Positions 36,201-49,022 of a DNA stretch of 64,000 bases are shown here, in pieces. The stretch is from an uncultured Verrucomicrobiae bacterium (GTDB taxonomy: Bacteria > Verrucomicrobiota > Verrucomicrobiia > Palsa-1439). Each line of letters begins with the position of its first letter. Position 1 is the first letter of the stretch. The position numbers and the translations under genes were made by a program. The stretch covers positions 288,001 to 352,000 of the forward strand of contig CAWEWF010000004.1 in the NCBI GenBank assembly GCA_963812605.1, given 5' to 3'. The notes beneath the pieces are model-generated. The model did no database searches. It was given only the letters and a program-made list of their open reading frames with translations, and was not told the DNA's origin.

Positions 36201-37927
36201 CGTCGTCGCTCCGACAGAAATGACATTCTTGGAGGTGGCCGGCGGCGCGAGAGTGGTGTTACCAAACCCCCCCGCATTACCGACGTTGCCCGCGTTGCCG
36301 TTCGCAAACACCATGATCATCTCCTGATTCAGGGGGAACGGCGACGGTGTGTTCGTCGATCCGGTCTGTTGCGCATCCCTGACACCGATGTCGTACGACT
36401 GGCAGGTCGCGTCGTAGAAGCCGTCGTTCTCATTCGGCGCGTTTGCGTTTCCATTTCCGAACACCAGGCCTTCGTCCCAACTGTTGTTGGAGATGCGCGC
36501 CGTAGCGCCATACTCGTTAAAGATAAGCTGCGGGAAATTTACCACGCAAAACACGTCATCGACATGGTACAGGCACGTCATTGCGTCGTCGACGATTACA
36601 TCCGGTTGGAAGACGCGCGTGGAGCCAACCAGGCCATACGGCGACACGCCCATTCCAAACTGAAATCCGCTGGGATCTTGATTCACGGTGTTAGTGTTGA
36701 AGCCGCTAATGATCGAGGCAATGGCCGTGCCGTGCCCGAAAGCCAAGGTATCTTCCCCCGCTCCGTTCATAATCTGCGCAATGCAGACCAAAGTGTTGGT
36801 GTTGGTGCCGCTGGCGCCGGTGACTTTGGCGATGTTATAAGGGCCGCAACTAAAATCGTACGTCGCGTAGAGTATGCGGAATCCGAAGCCGGGTTGAAAG
36901 AAATCAAGCGGGCGGGGACTGGCCGTGAACCCCGAGTCCGCGATATCGATAAGGGGATAGGCCAGTGGGTTGGTAAAGGCCGCGCTTCCACCTCCGACAG
37001 CGGTCGTCAAAAAGTTAAGGTAATGTTGTCCGCCCGAGGCCGGTGGCAAAGGCGCACCAATCCCTGGCCCCGGGCTATTGGTGTCGCTGGCAAGGATCAA
37101 TGCCTGGACCTCATCCATCGGCCGGATGCGATTGATGGGGTCGATCCAGAGCACTTCAGCAGCCGGGCGATTTCGCTCAACGCGGTCGCATCAATGCGAG
37201 CGCTAATCACGCGCTGATTCAGAACCCGGTTTGCGGAAGGCTCGGTTTGCCGCGCGAAGGAGCGAATAACTTCCAACGCGGCCTCGGCCTCGGGTGCATC
37301 GACGACCGCCACGCGAACATCGAGGGTGAGATCGGCGTTTTGCAGCGCCGGCGTGAGCTTGTACCACGGATGATAGGCTCCCACCCACTGACACAGCCCG
37401 GCCGGGTCGCGCAACGCCCTGACTTTCTTTTCCGCCGCGGCGTCCAGAAACACGAGATAGGCGTTGTTCGGGACGTAGTTGACGACCTTGACCCCGCTCA
37501 AACTCCCCAGCTGCGCCAGCCATTCCGGCTAACCGGTCCCTTGAATTGGACAATCCGGAGACGCCGTCCCGGGGTTTCGACCTGTTCCATGTCCGCAGGC
37601 ACCGCCGGTTCACTGCCCGACGTGTCGATCGAAGCGGCGCGCAGTTCGACATGATTGAGATTATTTGCCAGCACAACGCGGTCGCCGAACACCGCCTTCA
37701 GTTTGGCAAGGTTCTTGTCGGCGACCTCGACGACCCAGTACGAGCCGCAGTTATCCACCTTCTCAACGCCCGGCTGCTTGAGTTGATCGATGAAATCGCC
37801 GGGACCCGGGTAGACGATGACCTTGGTATTTGCCGGCATTATCGGCGAGCGCGACGGGCACAATAGATCCGAACGCGAGCCCAATCACGCCAACGAGTGA
37901 CCGGCAACGCCGTGCTGAAAATCTCAT
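33254..37927 (-). CDS. Giant secreted S8 subtilase no. 1 with C-terminal Ig-like (choice-of-anchor D/ASH-type) domains; several frameshifts
   Basis: Fragments join into one protein: signal peptide from ATG 37927, DIADSG, GHGT, ANGNAG, GPTQDGRFKPEIVAP, GTSFSAP; ITNCG.A.L.IS.V repeats. Confidence 0.75.
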
Positions 37928-37960
37928 TCTCCAACCTCCATCAGCCATCTTTATCTTCGA

Positions 37961-40900
37961 TTATTGCTTCACGTGGAAATCGCCCGTTGACTGATCGGGC
38001 GCCGTCGCGATTTTCCAGTTTAACCGCGGGCTCTTCACCGACACCGTGCCTTTGCAGGCTTCCTGAACGACAACACCAAACTTTTGCCCATTGTTGTTTG
38101 TCGTCGGAACGCTGCCGATTTTGACGGAGCCAACTTCTGTGGCGGTGATTATACTAGCAGTAAATGTTCGCACGGTCACATTTTTAATCGCTCCACTGAC
38201 GGCGAGCGCGCTATTGGCCAGAGCGTTGATATTGATCGTGCCCAAACTGCCTCCCAACTGAATGCCCGCACCGGTCACATTGACAACCTTGCCGTTGATC
38301 GATTTAAGACCGCCGCTCCCCACGATGCTGCCGATATTCACCAATCCATCGCTGCTGCGTGAGCCGCGTTTTACCTGAATCGTGAGGCTGGTGGTGGCGT
38401 CGGTGTTCGTCAGCACGATGGAATCAATCGGGCCGGCGTCCGTGCCCCCGAGCAAGTGCACCTCCATGGTGCCGGCCCCCTTCAGCGTTACCGACACTCG
38501 ATTGGTGCTATTTCCCTCCACGTCGGCGATCGCCTGGGGGTTGGAGGCAACGGAAAAGGGCGGCGGAACGGGAACGACGATACTGGCCGCGATGGCGCTG
38601 TTGTTTCCAGCCTTTGGATCGGTTTCATTGGCGCTGACGGTCGTCGTGGCGCTGACCAAACCCAGCGTCGTGTTGGTTACGGTGTAGCTAGCGAAAGGCC
38701 GGCATCGGCGGCCAGACTGCCCACATTACAGACCAGCGTGCCTCCAACCATGACACACCCCGCCGAAGCCGAGACGAGACCCGCGCCCACAGGCAATGAA
38801 TTGCTGATTGTCACTCCGGTGGCGGAGACGGCCCGAGATTCGTCACGGTAATGCTGCACGTCAGATTGCTATCCACAATCACAGGGCTCGGGCTGAAGGA
38901 ACTGGAAACCGTGAGGTCGGCAATGCTGGTAACGCTGATCGTGCAATCGTTCTGACCGACATTGCCGCCGTGGTCGGTTGCCGTAACCGTGAAGCTGAAT
39001 GTCCCGGCCGCAGTGGGGACGCCGGTAAGTGTCCCCGCGCCCAACAAAGTCAAACTCACGGGTAACGAACCCGCCGAGTTCGTAAAGCTCTAAGGCGCCG
39101 TGCCGCCACTCGCGGTGATGACGCCATCGTAACTCCGACCCACCGCGGCGGCGGGGAGGTTTGACGGGCTCACCGTGATCGTAGGCGGCGGCGGGAACGG
39201 ATCGGCAAGGGTCAGCGTATAGATCTTGGTTGCCGTGCAGTTGTTCGAGTCGGTGGCCATCACAGTAAATGAGCTGCTCGACGAAGTCGGCGTCCCAGAA
39301 AGCACGCCATTACTGGAGATGGTCATGCCCGCCGGCAAGGCTCCCACCGTCTGGCTGAACGTGTATGGAGGTGTGCCTCCGGACGCGGTAAATGTCTGTG
39401 GATTGTACGCGACAAATTCCGTACCCATTGGCAGCGAATTCGGCAAAAGATTGATCGTCGGGCAACTCACAAGGACCGTGTACACCTTTTCGGCGGTGCA
39501 GCCGTTTGCATCCGTGAATCCCACTTCGAAACTGAACTGTCCAACCGTGGTGGGCGTCCCGGAAATCACGCCATTCGCGGACAGCAACAGACCCGGCGGC
39601 AGCGGTCCAATGGCCAGGAAGAACGTCAAGGGTGGCTGTCCGCCGATGGAGGTAAACGCGTTGCTGTAAACCTGACCGAGAAGAAGAGCATTCGTTATCG
39701 CGGCGGGCGCAAGCCCCAAGGTCGGACAGCTGTTGATGACAATGGTATACGCACCGCTCCCGGTGCAGCCGAATGCATCCGTAAATCCGACCACGAAATT
39801 GAATTGTCCAAGCGTTGTGGGCGTGCCGGAAACCACACCGTTGGTGCCCAGCACCAGTCCCGGCGGCAAGGAGCGGGTTTTCAAGGAGAACGTCACGGGT
39901 GGTTGTCCGCTACCGACGGTAAACGCGTTGCTGTAAATCTGACCAAGCGAGCCATTCGGCAATGCTGCGGGACTAAGCGTCAATGATGGACAACTGATTT
40001 GAAGGGTATACGGGTTGGTCCCGATGCATCCGAGCGCATCCGTGGCGGCGACTGTGAAGGTGAACACGCCGGTCGCAGTCGGCGTTCCCGAAAGGATCCC
40101 ATCCGATTGCAAAGCGAGGCCCGGCGGCAACGAACCGACCGTGTTGGTGAAGCTGTAGGGCGCGGTACCTCCAGAAGCCGTCAAAAGCTGGCTGTAGGGA
40201 AGAGCCACAGGCCCCACGGGCAGTATGCCCGGGTAATCGTGATGGGCGGACACGTAACCGTGATGGAGGCCGACAGCGTAGAGGCACAGTTATTGGAGGC
40301 CACCGCCTCCACCTGGAAGTTGAAAACTCCCAGGACCAGCGGGGTGCCGGAAACCACGCCGTTGGTGGCCAGCACCAGTCCCGGCGGGAAAGTACCGGCT
40401 ATCAAGGAGAACGTCACGGGTGGTTGTCCACCGCTGGCGGTATACGTGTTGTTGTAAACCTGACCGAGAAAAGCATTCGTCATCACGGCAGGCGCCAGCC
40501 CCAAGGACGGACAGTTGTTGACGACAATGCTATAGGTGTTGCTCCCCGTGCAGCCGAGCGAATCCGTGGCGGCGACCGTGAAGGTAAACACGCCGGTCGC
40601 GGTCGGCGTTCCCGAAAGGATCCCGCCCGATTGCAAGGTCAGGCCCGGCGGCAACGAACCGCCAGTCTTGGCAAAGCTGTAGGGCGCGGTGCCTCCCGAA
40701 GCCGTCAAGAGCTGCGGGTTGTAAGCCGCCGTCACGTGCCCCTGGGGCAGCGTGCCCGGAGTAATCGTGATGGGCGGACACGTAACCGTGATTGTGGCCG
40801 ACAGCGTGTCGACACAGTTATTGGAGGCCACCGCCTGCACCTGGAAGTTGAAAACCCCCGGGACCAGCGGCGTGCCGGAAACCGCGCCGTTGGTGGCCAG

Positions 40901-43900
40901 CACCAGTCCCGGCGGGAAGGAACCGGTTAGCAAGGAAACGTCACGGATGGTTGTCCGCCGACGGCGGTGAACGCGTTGTTGTAAACCTGACCGAGAAAAA
41001 CATTCGTCATGGCGGCAGGCCCAAGCCCCAAGGACGGACAAGTGCTGATGACAACGGTATAGGTGTTGCTCCCGTTGCAGCCGAGCGAATCCGTGGCGGT
41101 GACCGTGAAGGTAAACACGCCGGTCGTGGTCGGCGTTCCCGAAAGGATCCCACCGGATTGCAATGTCAGGCCCGGCGGCAACGAACCGGCCGAGTTGGTG
41201 AAGCTGTAGGGCGCGGTGCCTCCAGAAGCCGCCAAGAACTGCTGGTTGTAGGCCGCCGTCACGTGCCCCTGGGGCAGCGTGCCCGGAGTAATCGTGATCG
41301 GCGGACACGTAACCGTGATTGTCGCCGACAGCGTATCGGCACAATTATTGGAAGCCACCGCCTGCACCTGGAAGTTGAAAACCCCGGGGACCAGCGGCGT
41401 GCCGGAAACCACGCCGTTGGTGGCCAGCACCAGTCCCGGCGGGAAGGAACCGGCTTTCAAGGAGAACGCCACCAGTGGTGCCCGCCGCCGGCGGTATACG
41501 CGTTGCTGTAAACCTGACCGAGAAAAGCATTCGTCATCACGGCTGGGCCCAGCCCCAGGGACGGACAGTTGTTGACGACAATGATATACGTGTTGCTCCC
41601 GGCGCAGCCGAGCGAATCCGTGGCGGTGACCGTGAAGGTGAACACGTTGGTCACGGTCGGCGTCCCCGAAAGCACCCCATCCGGTTGCAAGGTCAGGCCC
41701 GGCGGCAAGGAACCGGCAGTTTTGGCAAAGCTGTAAGGCGCGGTGCCTCCAGAAGCCGTCAAGAGCTGCGGGTTGTAAGCCACAGACAGGTGCCCCTCGG
41801 GCAGTATGCCCGGAGAAACCGCGATGGGCGGACACGTAACCGTGATTGCGGCCGACAGCGTATCGGCACAGCTATTGGAGTCCACCGCCTGTACCTGGAA
41901 GTTGAAGACCCCCAGGACTGTCGGCGTGCCGGAAACCAAGCCATTGGTGGCCAGCACCAGTCCCGTCGGCAAGGAACGGTTTTCAAGGAGAACGTGATGG
42001 GTGGTTGTCCGCCGGCGGTAAACGCGTTGCTGTAGACCTGACCGACAAAACCGTTCGTCATCACGGCGGGCGCCAGCCCAAAGGACGGACAATGGTCGAT
42101 GACAATCGTATAGGCGTTGCTCGCGGCGCAGCCGAGCGCATCCGTGGCGGTGACCGTGAAGGTGAACGCGCCGGTCGTGGTCGGCGTTCCCAAAATCCTC
42201 CCGTCCGATTGGAAGGTCAGGCCCGGCGGCAACGAACCGGCGGGGTTGCTAAAGCTGAAGGGGCTGGCCCCGTCGATGACGGAGAACTGCGCGGTATACT
42301 CGATATTGGAATAACCGGGCGGAAGTTCCGCGGGAGACAGCGTGAGCGCGCAAGCCCTGGCGACGTTCAACACGAGATGCCCCCCGGCCCATTGTCCAGC
42401 GGCTCCGCAACAATGTAGTAATCATTCGAGCCGTCCGCAGTAAACGTTACATGCGAGTTCAATCCTTCCGTATTGGAGACGAGTTCCACCAGCGCGCCGC
42501 ATTCTCCGCGAACGAACACGGTCTGCGGGATAGCCTGGACCGTCCAGACGGACAGGAGCGTATTAAAATCACTGCCGATCGTGTCGATGGTGAATGCCGT
42601 TCCGGCCGTGGGCAGGACAATCTTGAAGAATTCATCGATACCGCCGAGCCCCGCGCTCGGGCTTGGCTGGACATTCCCGTCGAAGCCGGCGGATTTGGCG
42701 AGAGGATGTTTGAGAAGGTCGTCGGGAAGCTGGTGAGGTTGATCGCCGTCTGGCAGGAGTTGTTCGTCTTCAAATTGGGCACGTCGGACAGGGTATTCGT
42801 CGCTGCATTGTAAACGACGAGCGCGAAGTCCTGATCGTTGCCGCTACCCACGTTCGGAACGCCATCGCCGGCGATATTGGCGGCGCGCACGATGACTTGC
42901 CACGGGGCACCGGAAGTCACCGCGGCAATGCCGCCCAGCGAACCGATCGGGTTCAAGAACACACTCTGCATGTTGTTGACGGAGTCAAACGCGCCACCCG
43001 GCACCGACACGTTCTCGGCAAACACGTTGCCCTTGTACGTGACCCCGCCAATAATCACCTGTAAATCCAGGTTATTCACCAATTCTTGCGCGGCGCCCGG
43101 CGCCCCTGGGGCATCGGTCCAAGCCAACGTCACACGGAACGGCAAGCCGTTGCTGGCGATCTGGCCTGACAATTCGTAGCTCTGACCTGACTGGCTGAAG
43201 TAGGTCTGCTGCGGCTGCCGGATTCGTTGTGATCAGGGGTGAGTCAATCGCCCGCGGTGACGATTCGTCACGGATCGCCCGCCCCGCGCCATCGAACATA
43301 CGCGCCAAATCCAGTTCGCCCATGCCCTGGGCATTTGATGGCAATGTGTCCATGGCATGCGTCTGGGGATTGGTCAATGGCAGATAACGGGCCGAATTGC
43401 ACAGATAGGCTTTGGCCATCGCTGGGCTGGGCTGCAACAATGCCTGGCCCAGTTCATTGGTGAGACGATTCTGGAAATACCACCACAGGAGTTGAATGGC
43501 TCCGGAAACCACAGGCGCGGCATAGCTGCTGCCCGAATTGCATTGATACAGGCCGCCAGGGGGGACATACCTCGCGATCTCGTTGGAACAAGCAGTAAAG
43601 GGGGGACAATCAAAAAGATTCGTAATAGCACAAATGGTATTGTCGTCGTTGCCAAGATTCCCACACTCATCGCGGTTGACAAGGGGAGTGATCAGGCCCG
43701 AGGCATCGATCCCGAGCGCCAGTTCGGACGATGCGCCATAAATTGTGGTGCCGGGCGCCACAATCTCGGGCTTGAATCGCCCGTCGAGGGTCGGACCGAA
43801 CGCCGTGAACGGTGGGAGCATTAGTGAATTGTCCTGCTGGTTTTCCGGCGCGCAGCCACTGCCGTCCAGTCGCACGCTGTCGGATGAGCCGACCGTGATG

Positions 43901-45822
43901 ACGTTCTTGGCGGTGGCGGGAGCGGTGAGACGAATGTCCCCAAACCCACCGACATTTCCACCGGCGCCTTCATCGCCAAGGCCGGAATTGGCGGCGAAAA
44001 CCACGATAAACTCCTGATTCAACGGCGATGGACCGGGAACACTGTTCGTGTTTCCTCCAATTCCCAGGTCTCCCACGAGCAAGGCATCGCGAACGGCGAT
44101 GTCAAAGGTCTGCGAATCGGAAGTGTATTGCCCGCCATTCGAACCGTCTGTGTTCAACGCGTCGCTCCAACTGTCGTTCTGGATGCGCGCACCGAGCCCA
44201 TAAGCCGAGGCGATGAACGACGGCAGTGAGTTGATGCAAAGAGTTGTGGGATCGATCACCGGGGCGGGTGGAGTGCCTGCGGTATGCGCCGCCTGAGACC
44301 AAATGCGCGAGACGCCGATCTCGCCAAACGGCGAAACGCCAAGGCCGAGCTGGAACCCGCTCGCATCCCGGTGGGTGTTGTCAACCGACTGGGTGACGAT
44401 AATTTCCGTCGGGAGCGTCAGCGGTGGGCTAAGTACCAGCCCGCTTGTGCAGGTTACTACGAGAGTTGTCGCAAGCATGCACGGCAACGTCGGGTAAATA
44501 AAGGTGTTGGTCTCGCTATCCGTACCCGAGCAAGTATACGGGTTAATAGGAAGGAATGTTTGAGTTACTATTTCGTTGATGACGCATACCTCATCAGCAA
44601 CGTTCGTCTGAACATCGTATCCGGCAATGACCGAAGCCACCAGCGTGCCGTGCCCGTAAAAATCCTCGGACCCGGAGAAGTTGACATCGAAAGCCTGGCA
44701 CCCCAGTTGTGGCTGGCCGGCATCGATGTAGCTGGGTGGCTCTCGATACACCACACGCGACGCCCCGGCCCGAGTGCCAAACTCGTAAAATGATGGATGC
44801 ACCACGTTGTCCACATCAATTCCCGTGTCCGCAACGTCTACAATCGGATACGCGAACTGATTAGTGATCGATGACAGGCCACCGGCCACGGTGTTGGTTA
44901 TGAAATCCAAGTAATTGGTGTACAAAGCCGATGTGCCAGTGAGTGAGTTGGTCGGCCCGAAACCGGGAGCGTTGGTCTGGGTGGCGAGGATGAGGCCCTG
45001 CACTTCGTCCAAGAGCCGCTGCGGTTCGACCTTCTGGATCCACAACACGTCCGGCAGTTGCGCGATTTTGGCAATGGCCGATGGTGGCACGTCCATTTCG
45101 AAGATCTGCTGTCCGGAGCGCGTCAGGGACGTGTTGACGAAGCCCATCGTGGGGACCCGTGTGGCCTCCTGTGGCTCCTGCGAGCGATCCACCACGGCCA
45201 CCCGCACCCTTATCGATTCAGTCCCGGAAGCATACCGAAGCTCTGGCGGGATCTTGTAAAATGGATGATAAGCCCCGATCCACTGAATGGAACCGCCGGG
45301 CGAGCGCAGCTTTTCAAGCTCCTTTTCCGTCCCGGTATCCATGAAGACCAAATAGGCGTCATTGGGCACATAGGAGACAACTTGCACGCCACTTACGGAT
45401 TTTATCAGGCTCAGCCACTCGGGCGTGATGGGTCCGCGGAACTGCACCAGTCGCAGCCGCTTGCCAGGCACCTCTTCCTCGCGAAAATTGGCTGGAACTG
45501 CCGGGTCACCGGAGGTCGTGTCGAACGAAGTACCGCTCAACTGAATACGGTTCAAACGGTTCTCCTTTACGGCTCGCGCCCCGTAAAGCTGCGTCAACTG
45601 ATCGACTTGAGCATCGGTCGCTTCCACCAACCAGTAGGAACCGTAGTTCGTAACTTTCTGGAAACCCTTTGCATTGAGCTGGCCGATTTTCTCGTCTGCA
45701 GTCGGGTAAACGACGACCTTGTTGTCCGCCGCCGCGACGGGCAACGCCTGACAGTGGTGTCCCGCGAGGATAAGACACACGAGACCAACAAGTACTGACA
45801 ACCACGTTTTGCAGGATTTCAT
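37961..45822 (-). CDS. Giant secreted S8 subtilase no. 2 with tandem putative-Ig (He_PIG-type) repeats and DUF11-like domain; several frameshifts
   Basis: MKSCKTW signal peptide; DVADTG, GHGT, GPTLDGRFKPEIVAPG, GSSYAAP; many ASGGTAPYSF...GSLPPGL.L...G.LSGTPT repeats; ADL.V.......V.V..N and DP..GNN motifs. Confidence 0.78.
39650..42300 (-). repeat. Tandem about 527-bp repeats (pairs of Ig domains)
   Basis: ggcggacacgtaaccgtgat recurs near 40246, 40773, 41300 and 41827 with near-identical flanks. Confidence 0.88.
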
Positions 45823-46256
45823 TGCTCGAGTCTTCTCCACCCTACCTATCATTCGGAAAGATTGGCTGGTGGACTATAAGGTATCAAAAGGGCTTTTGCC
45901 TTTGCAACCAGAATGTTTGCAAAATACTTTGGCACTCTCACGGTTGCGAAAAATCGGGCTAAAACACAGGATTTCACCATTTATTTCAACAAGCAGATGC
46001 CGTTGTGTAGTTTGGAGGCCTGATAAATGAATTGGCAATTATCGCCTTCCACACGAGTCGGTTACACCCGCACGCTGCCGAGCCGCAAGGCCTCCGCCCC
46101 GCTCGCACCGCCACCGGCGGCATCGGGAAAACGGATGCCCCAGGCTGCGCCTCCCGTCTTGGTAAACTCTTGATTTGTCACTGCGTTCGGCGAGACCCCG
46201 GTGACCAGGTTTGATCTAGTTTGATTTGGTTGAATTGAGTCCACGCGGGGACGGGG

Positions 46257-46920
46257 TCATTCGGGCAGTTTGACTTCCCCGCTGGCTTCTGGTGGGTCCT
46301 CGATTCCGAACACCGCCTTCCGCAACCACGCCTGCCTTTCCTCGGGTGTCTTGTCTCCCCGGCAGATTTCGTCGCGGTGTTCCTCGGCCCATTTCGAAAA
46401 CTCCTCCTCGCGCAGTTCGCGGAGTTGCTCGCGCTCGAACTCCAGCCGTTCCCGTTCAAGCTTGAGCCGCTCGGCACTGTGGTCGCCCTTGCGCAGCGCG
46501 ACAATGTCCGCGCAGAACTCGCGGAGGATTTTCAAATCGATTTCGCCCTCCGCATTCAACTGACTGAGGACCTTGGCCGCGATCACGTAATGGGCCGTCA
46601 ACCGTTGCGCCAGAAGGTCCGGCAGACCGGGCTTTGCTGGCCTGATTCAGTTCGTCGGCATCGGCGTCCATCTGTCGGACAAGGCCGATGATCTCCTGGT
46701 GAAGGCCCCAGTCGCGGTAGCCGCCCTGTTTCCATTCGGACAGGTTCTGCTCGCTGATGGGCTGTCCTTTGAAGTTGGCCTTCAGAACGGCCTCCACTTC
46801 GGGCAGGGAATTCAGCCAGTCCACCAGATGTGTCTGCAACTCACCGTCGGCGAGGCGGCGATTGAGTTGTTCGCGGATTTCGCGGGGCAGTCGGGCGATT
46901 TTCCCGGTGCGGGTGCTCAT
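46257..46920 (-). CDS. GKIARLP-family protein (Mu gp27/DUF3486-like), frameshift near 46620
   Basis: MSTRTGKIARLPREIREQLNRRL...WLN.LPEV...ISEQNLSEWKQGGY; continues in the 46257-46601 frame with a coiled coil. Confidence 0.65.
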
Positions 46921-46978
46921 GGGGCAATCCTCACGGGAGACCGCGAATGAAAGGGAATGGACGCGAATTTCATAACGG

Positions 46979-47180
46979 TCACCTGTATTTCCCCCGGATG
47001 TAGCGGTTGTAGTCGGCCGGGCGACGAGGCATTCAGCAAGCCTTCGAAGTGGCGGGACGGCACGCCGGGGTGGTCGTAGACGCGTCCACTGCGGAATTCG
47101 ACGGTCAGCGTTCCGCCAGCGAAGCCGACGGCGCGAATCGCGGTCGAGGTGACGGTAATCATTTCAACGTAGTAGCTCAT
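46979..47180 (-). CDS. KTSC domain protein (frameshift near 47015)
   Basis: V.STAIRAVG....TL.VEF.SG.VY...GVP.....GLLNASSPG then YNRYIRGKYR-stop in the shifted frame. Confidence 0.85.
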
Positions 47181-47488
47181 GGCTTGCTCCTTTTTGAAGT
47201 TGGTTGGTGCTTCATCAAGGCAAGAGTGCCATTGAAGTTCCCGAACTTAAATGACGATAAACGACCGCTGGGGTTTTTCGTTACCTGCTTCGCCCACCGC
47301 GTGTCTCAGCCGACAGCGGAGGAACTCAAAACGGAGGACCGGGCGGGTCCGAGTTCGCCCACCCTGCGTCTCACCGGACAAGGAAGGCTCGCCAAATGGG
47401 TACATCCTTTTGAATCGCTTCACTGTTTCAGACCGGGCTTGAAGCTGCCGTTGTGGATTTCGTTCCCAAACCTTGAAACCCTTCATTC

Positions 47489-48175
47489 TCAACTGGGATG
47501 GTGTGTAGTGGTGCAGCAGGCGCATGATCGCCAGCCCATCCAAGGCGGGTTGGACAGAAAATGCTCCACGCGACGTCCATCCCACAGCCTGAAAACGCCA
47601 GGTCTGCGCCTGGCATTGACCCACCGCGCAAACCCTTGCACGATTTCCTCGTTGGTGCAGAATCGCCAGTAGATGCGAAAGACGCCCACCTCGTACCCCT
47701 CGGTTTCGTCACAGAATGACGAAGGCTCATCTTCTGGTCGCAAGCGTCGCCACATTTCCGGGGTGAGGTGCGCTAAGTATTCATCCACCAGTTGTCTGAT
47801 TTTGATCGTCTCAACCCAGTGGCCGCGCCCAAACGGATGGGGCTTGTCGGCATTGGCAGGTAAAACACCTTTACGGCGATCTCTTTTTGACAATTGTTGC
47901 CAAGGAAGCGGGAACTGGCCAAGGCCAAAGAATCTATCGACGATCAACCACGGATATTTCCCGTAACCCTGTATCCGGGCCATGCTGCCGCAGCTAGGGT
48001 TGCCGTCGATGCTACGCTGATGCACAGATCGGATAAATGCCGATTCGCGCGCATACTCCCACCAGCAGCACACTTCCAATTCATCGGAAGGCACCCCGTC
48101 GAAGTTCCAGTTGCGAGGGTCGTCAATCGTCAGGTCTGGCGGCAGCGCTTCTCTCGTTTCGGACGCGTTGCTCAT
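47489..48175 (-). CDS. Hypothetical protein
   Basis: 228-aa ORF with WNF...P..E...C..WEYARES start; 3' end may be frameshifted. Confidence 0.6.
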   Translation of the reverse strand: MSNASETREALPPDLTIDDPRNWNFDGVPSDELEVCCWWEYARESAFIRSVHQRSIDGNPSCGSMARIQGYGKYPWLIVDRFFGLGQFPLPWQQLSKRDRRKGVLPANADKPHPFGRGHWVETIKIRQLVDEYLAHLTPEMWRRLRPEDEPSSFCDETEGYEVGVFRIYWRFCTNEEIVQGFARWVNARRRPGVFRLWDGRRVEHFLSNPPWMGWRSCACCTTTHHPS

Positions 48176-48288
48176 TTCAGTGGCGGGAAGACCCTCATGA
48201 TTTTTACCTTTTCAAGGCTGACGGTGAGGGCTTGACCGTGTAACCAGTAGCCCATGCCTTTTTTGCGGCCCGGCTTCTTATCTGCCAT
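48172..48288 (-). CDS. Small basic hypothetical ORF (38 aa)
   Basis: MADKKPGRKKGMGYWL...; stop overlaps the next ATG (ATGA coupling). Confidence 0.35.
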   Translation of the reverse strand: MADKKPGRKKGMGYWLHGQALTVSLEKVKIMRVFPPLK

Positions 48289-48308
48289 ACACGTTTCAAA
48301 GGAATATC

Positions 48309-48590
48309 TCACACCCGTTTTGCGGCCAGGTGTTCGTCGAGAATTTCCCGGACGGTCAACGCGCGGATTTCGCGGCCTTCCTTGCGCTGGAATCGGTCGA
48401 TCTCGAAGCGCGCGTCCCCGCTGAAGTCGAAGCCGACGAAGTAGCCAAGCTTGCGGTCTTCACGAGCCATCACCGCCTCGAAGGCGTCGATATCCGGGCG
48501 GCCTACTTTGTCTTTTTGCTTCACCTGAACCGGATACCACACGTCCATGAATTCCAAATGACAGGTTTCCTTGCCGACGCGCTGTACCAT
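48309..48590 (-). pseudogene. Mrr-like PD-(D/E)xK restriction endonuclease C-terminal fragment
   Basis: PVQVKQKDKVGRPDIDAF...GYFVGFDFS.DA; lacks the N-terminal part. Confidence 0.65.
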
Positions 48591-48643
48591 CAGGAAATCG
48601 TAGAGCGCGCCAGCCTAACGGCGATCACAAAGAGGATCCCCAC

Positions 48644-49019
48644 CTAAAGTCCTTCTGCGGCTTCAGCGGCAGGCGGATGATCTCGCTTCCACTTTTCCAC
48701 CGGATCCTCGGCAATAGTCTCCGGCTCGCTGGCTGGTTCCTCTGCGGGTGTAGCACTGGCCGTCTCGGCGACTACCTCCGATTTCAAAACCAATTCCCCG
48801 GCACAATGCGGGCACCGCGTCGATTTCGGATGGATCGACCGGTGGCAATACCAGCATGACACTCCGAGGCGAAACGCGCAGAATCACCGCCAGCGGACCA
48901 AAGACCAAGCCGTAGAGAAACCAGTTGGCGTCTTCCTCCCCGCGATTCCTGGCCACGGCGGCCGCCCCAAAGGCACAGCACAACCAAACAAAAACAATCA
49001 GTGGGGTCGACAAATCCAT
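48644..49019 (-). CDS. Small membrane protein with zinc ribbon (frameshift near 48870)
   Basis: A.VARNRG...WFLYGLVFGPLA followed by CWYC...CPHC. Confidence 0.6.
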
Positions 49020-49022
49020 CGC

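Noticed and set aside
39650-42300. Near-identical repeats as DGR template/variable repeats or shufflon cassettes
   Set aside because: Tandem in-frame Ig domains; no reverse transcriptase, invertase or obvious adenine-specific variation.
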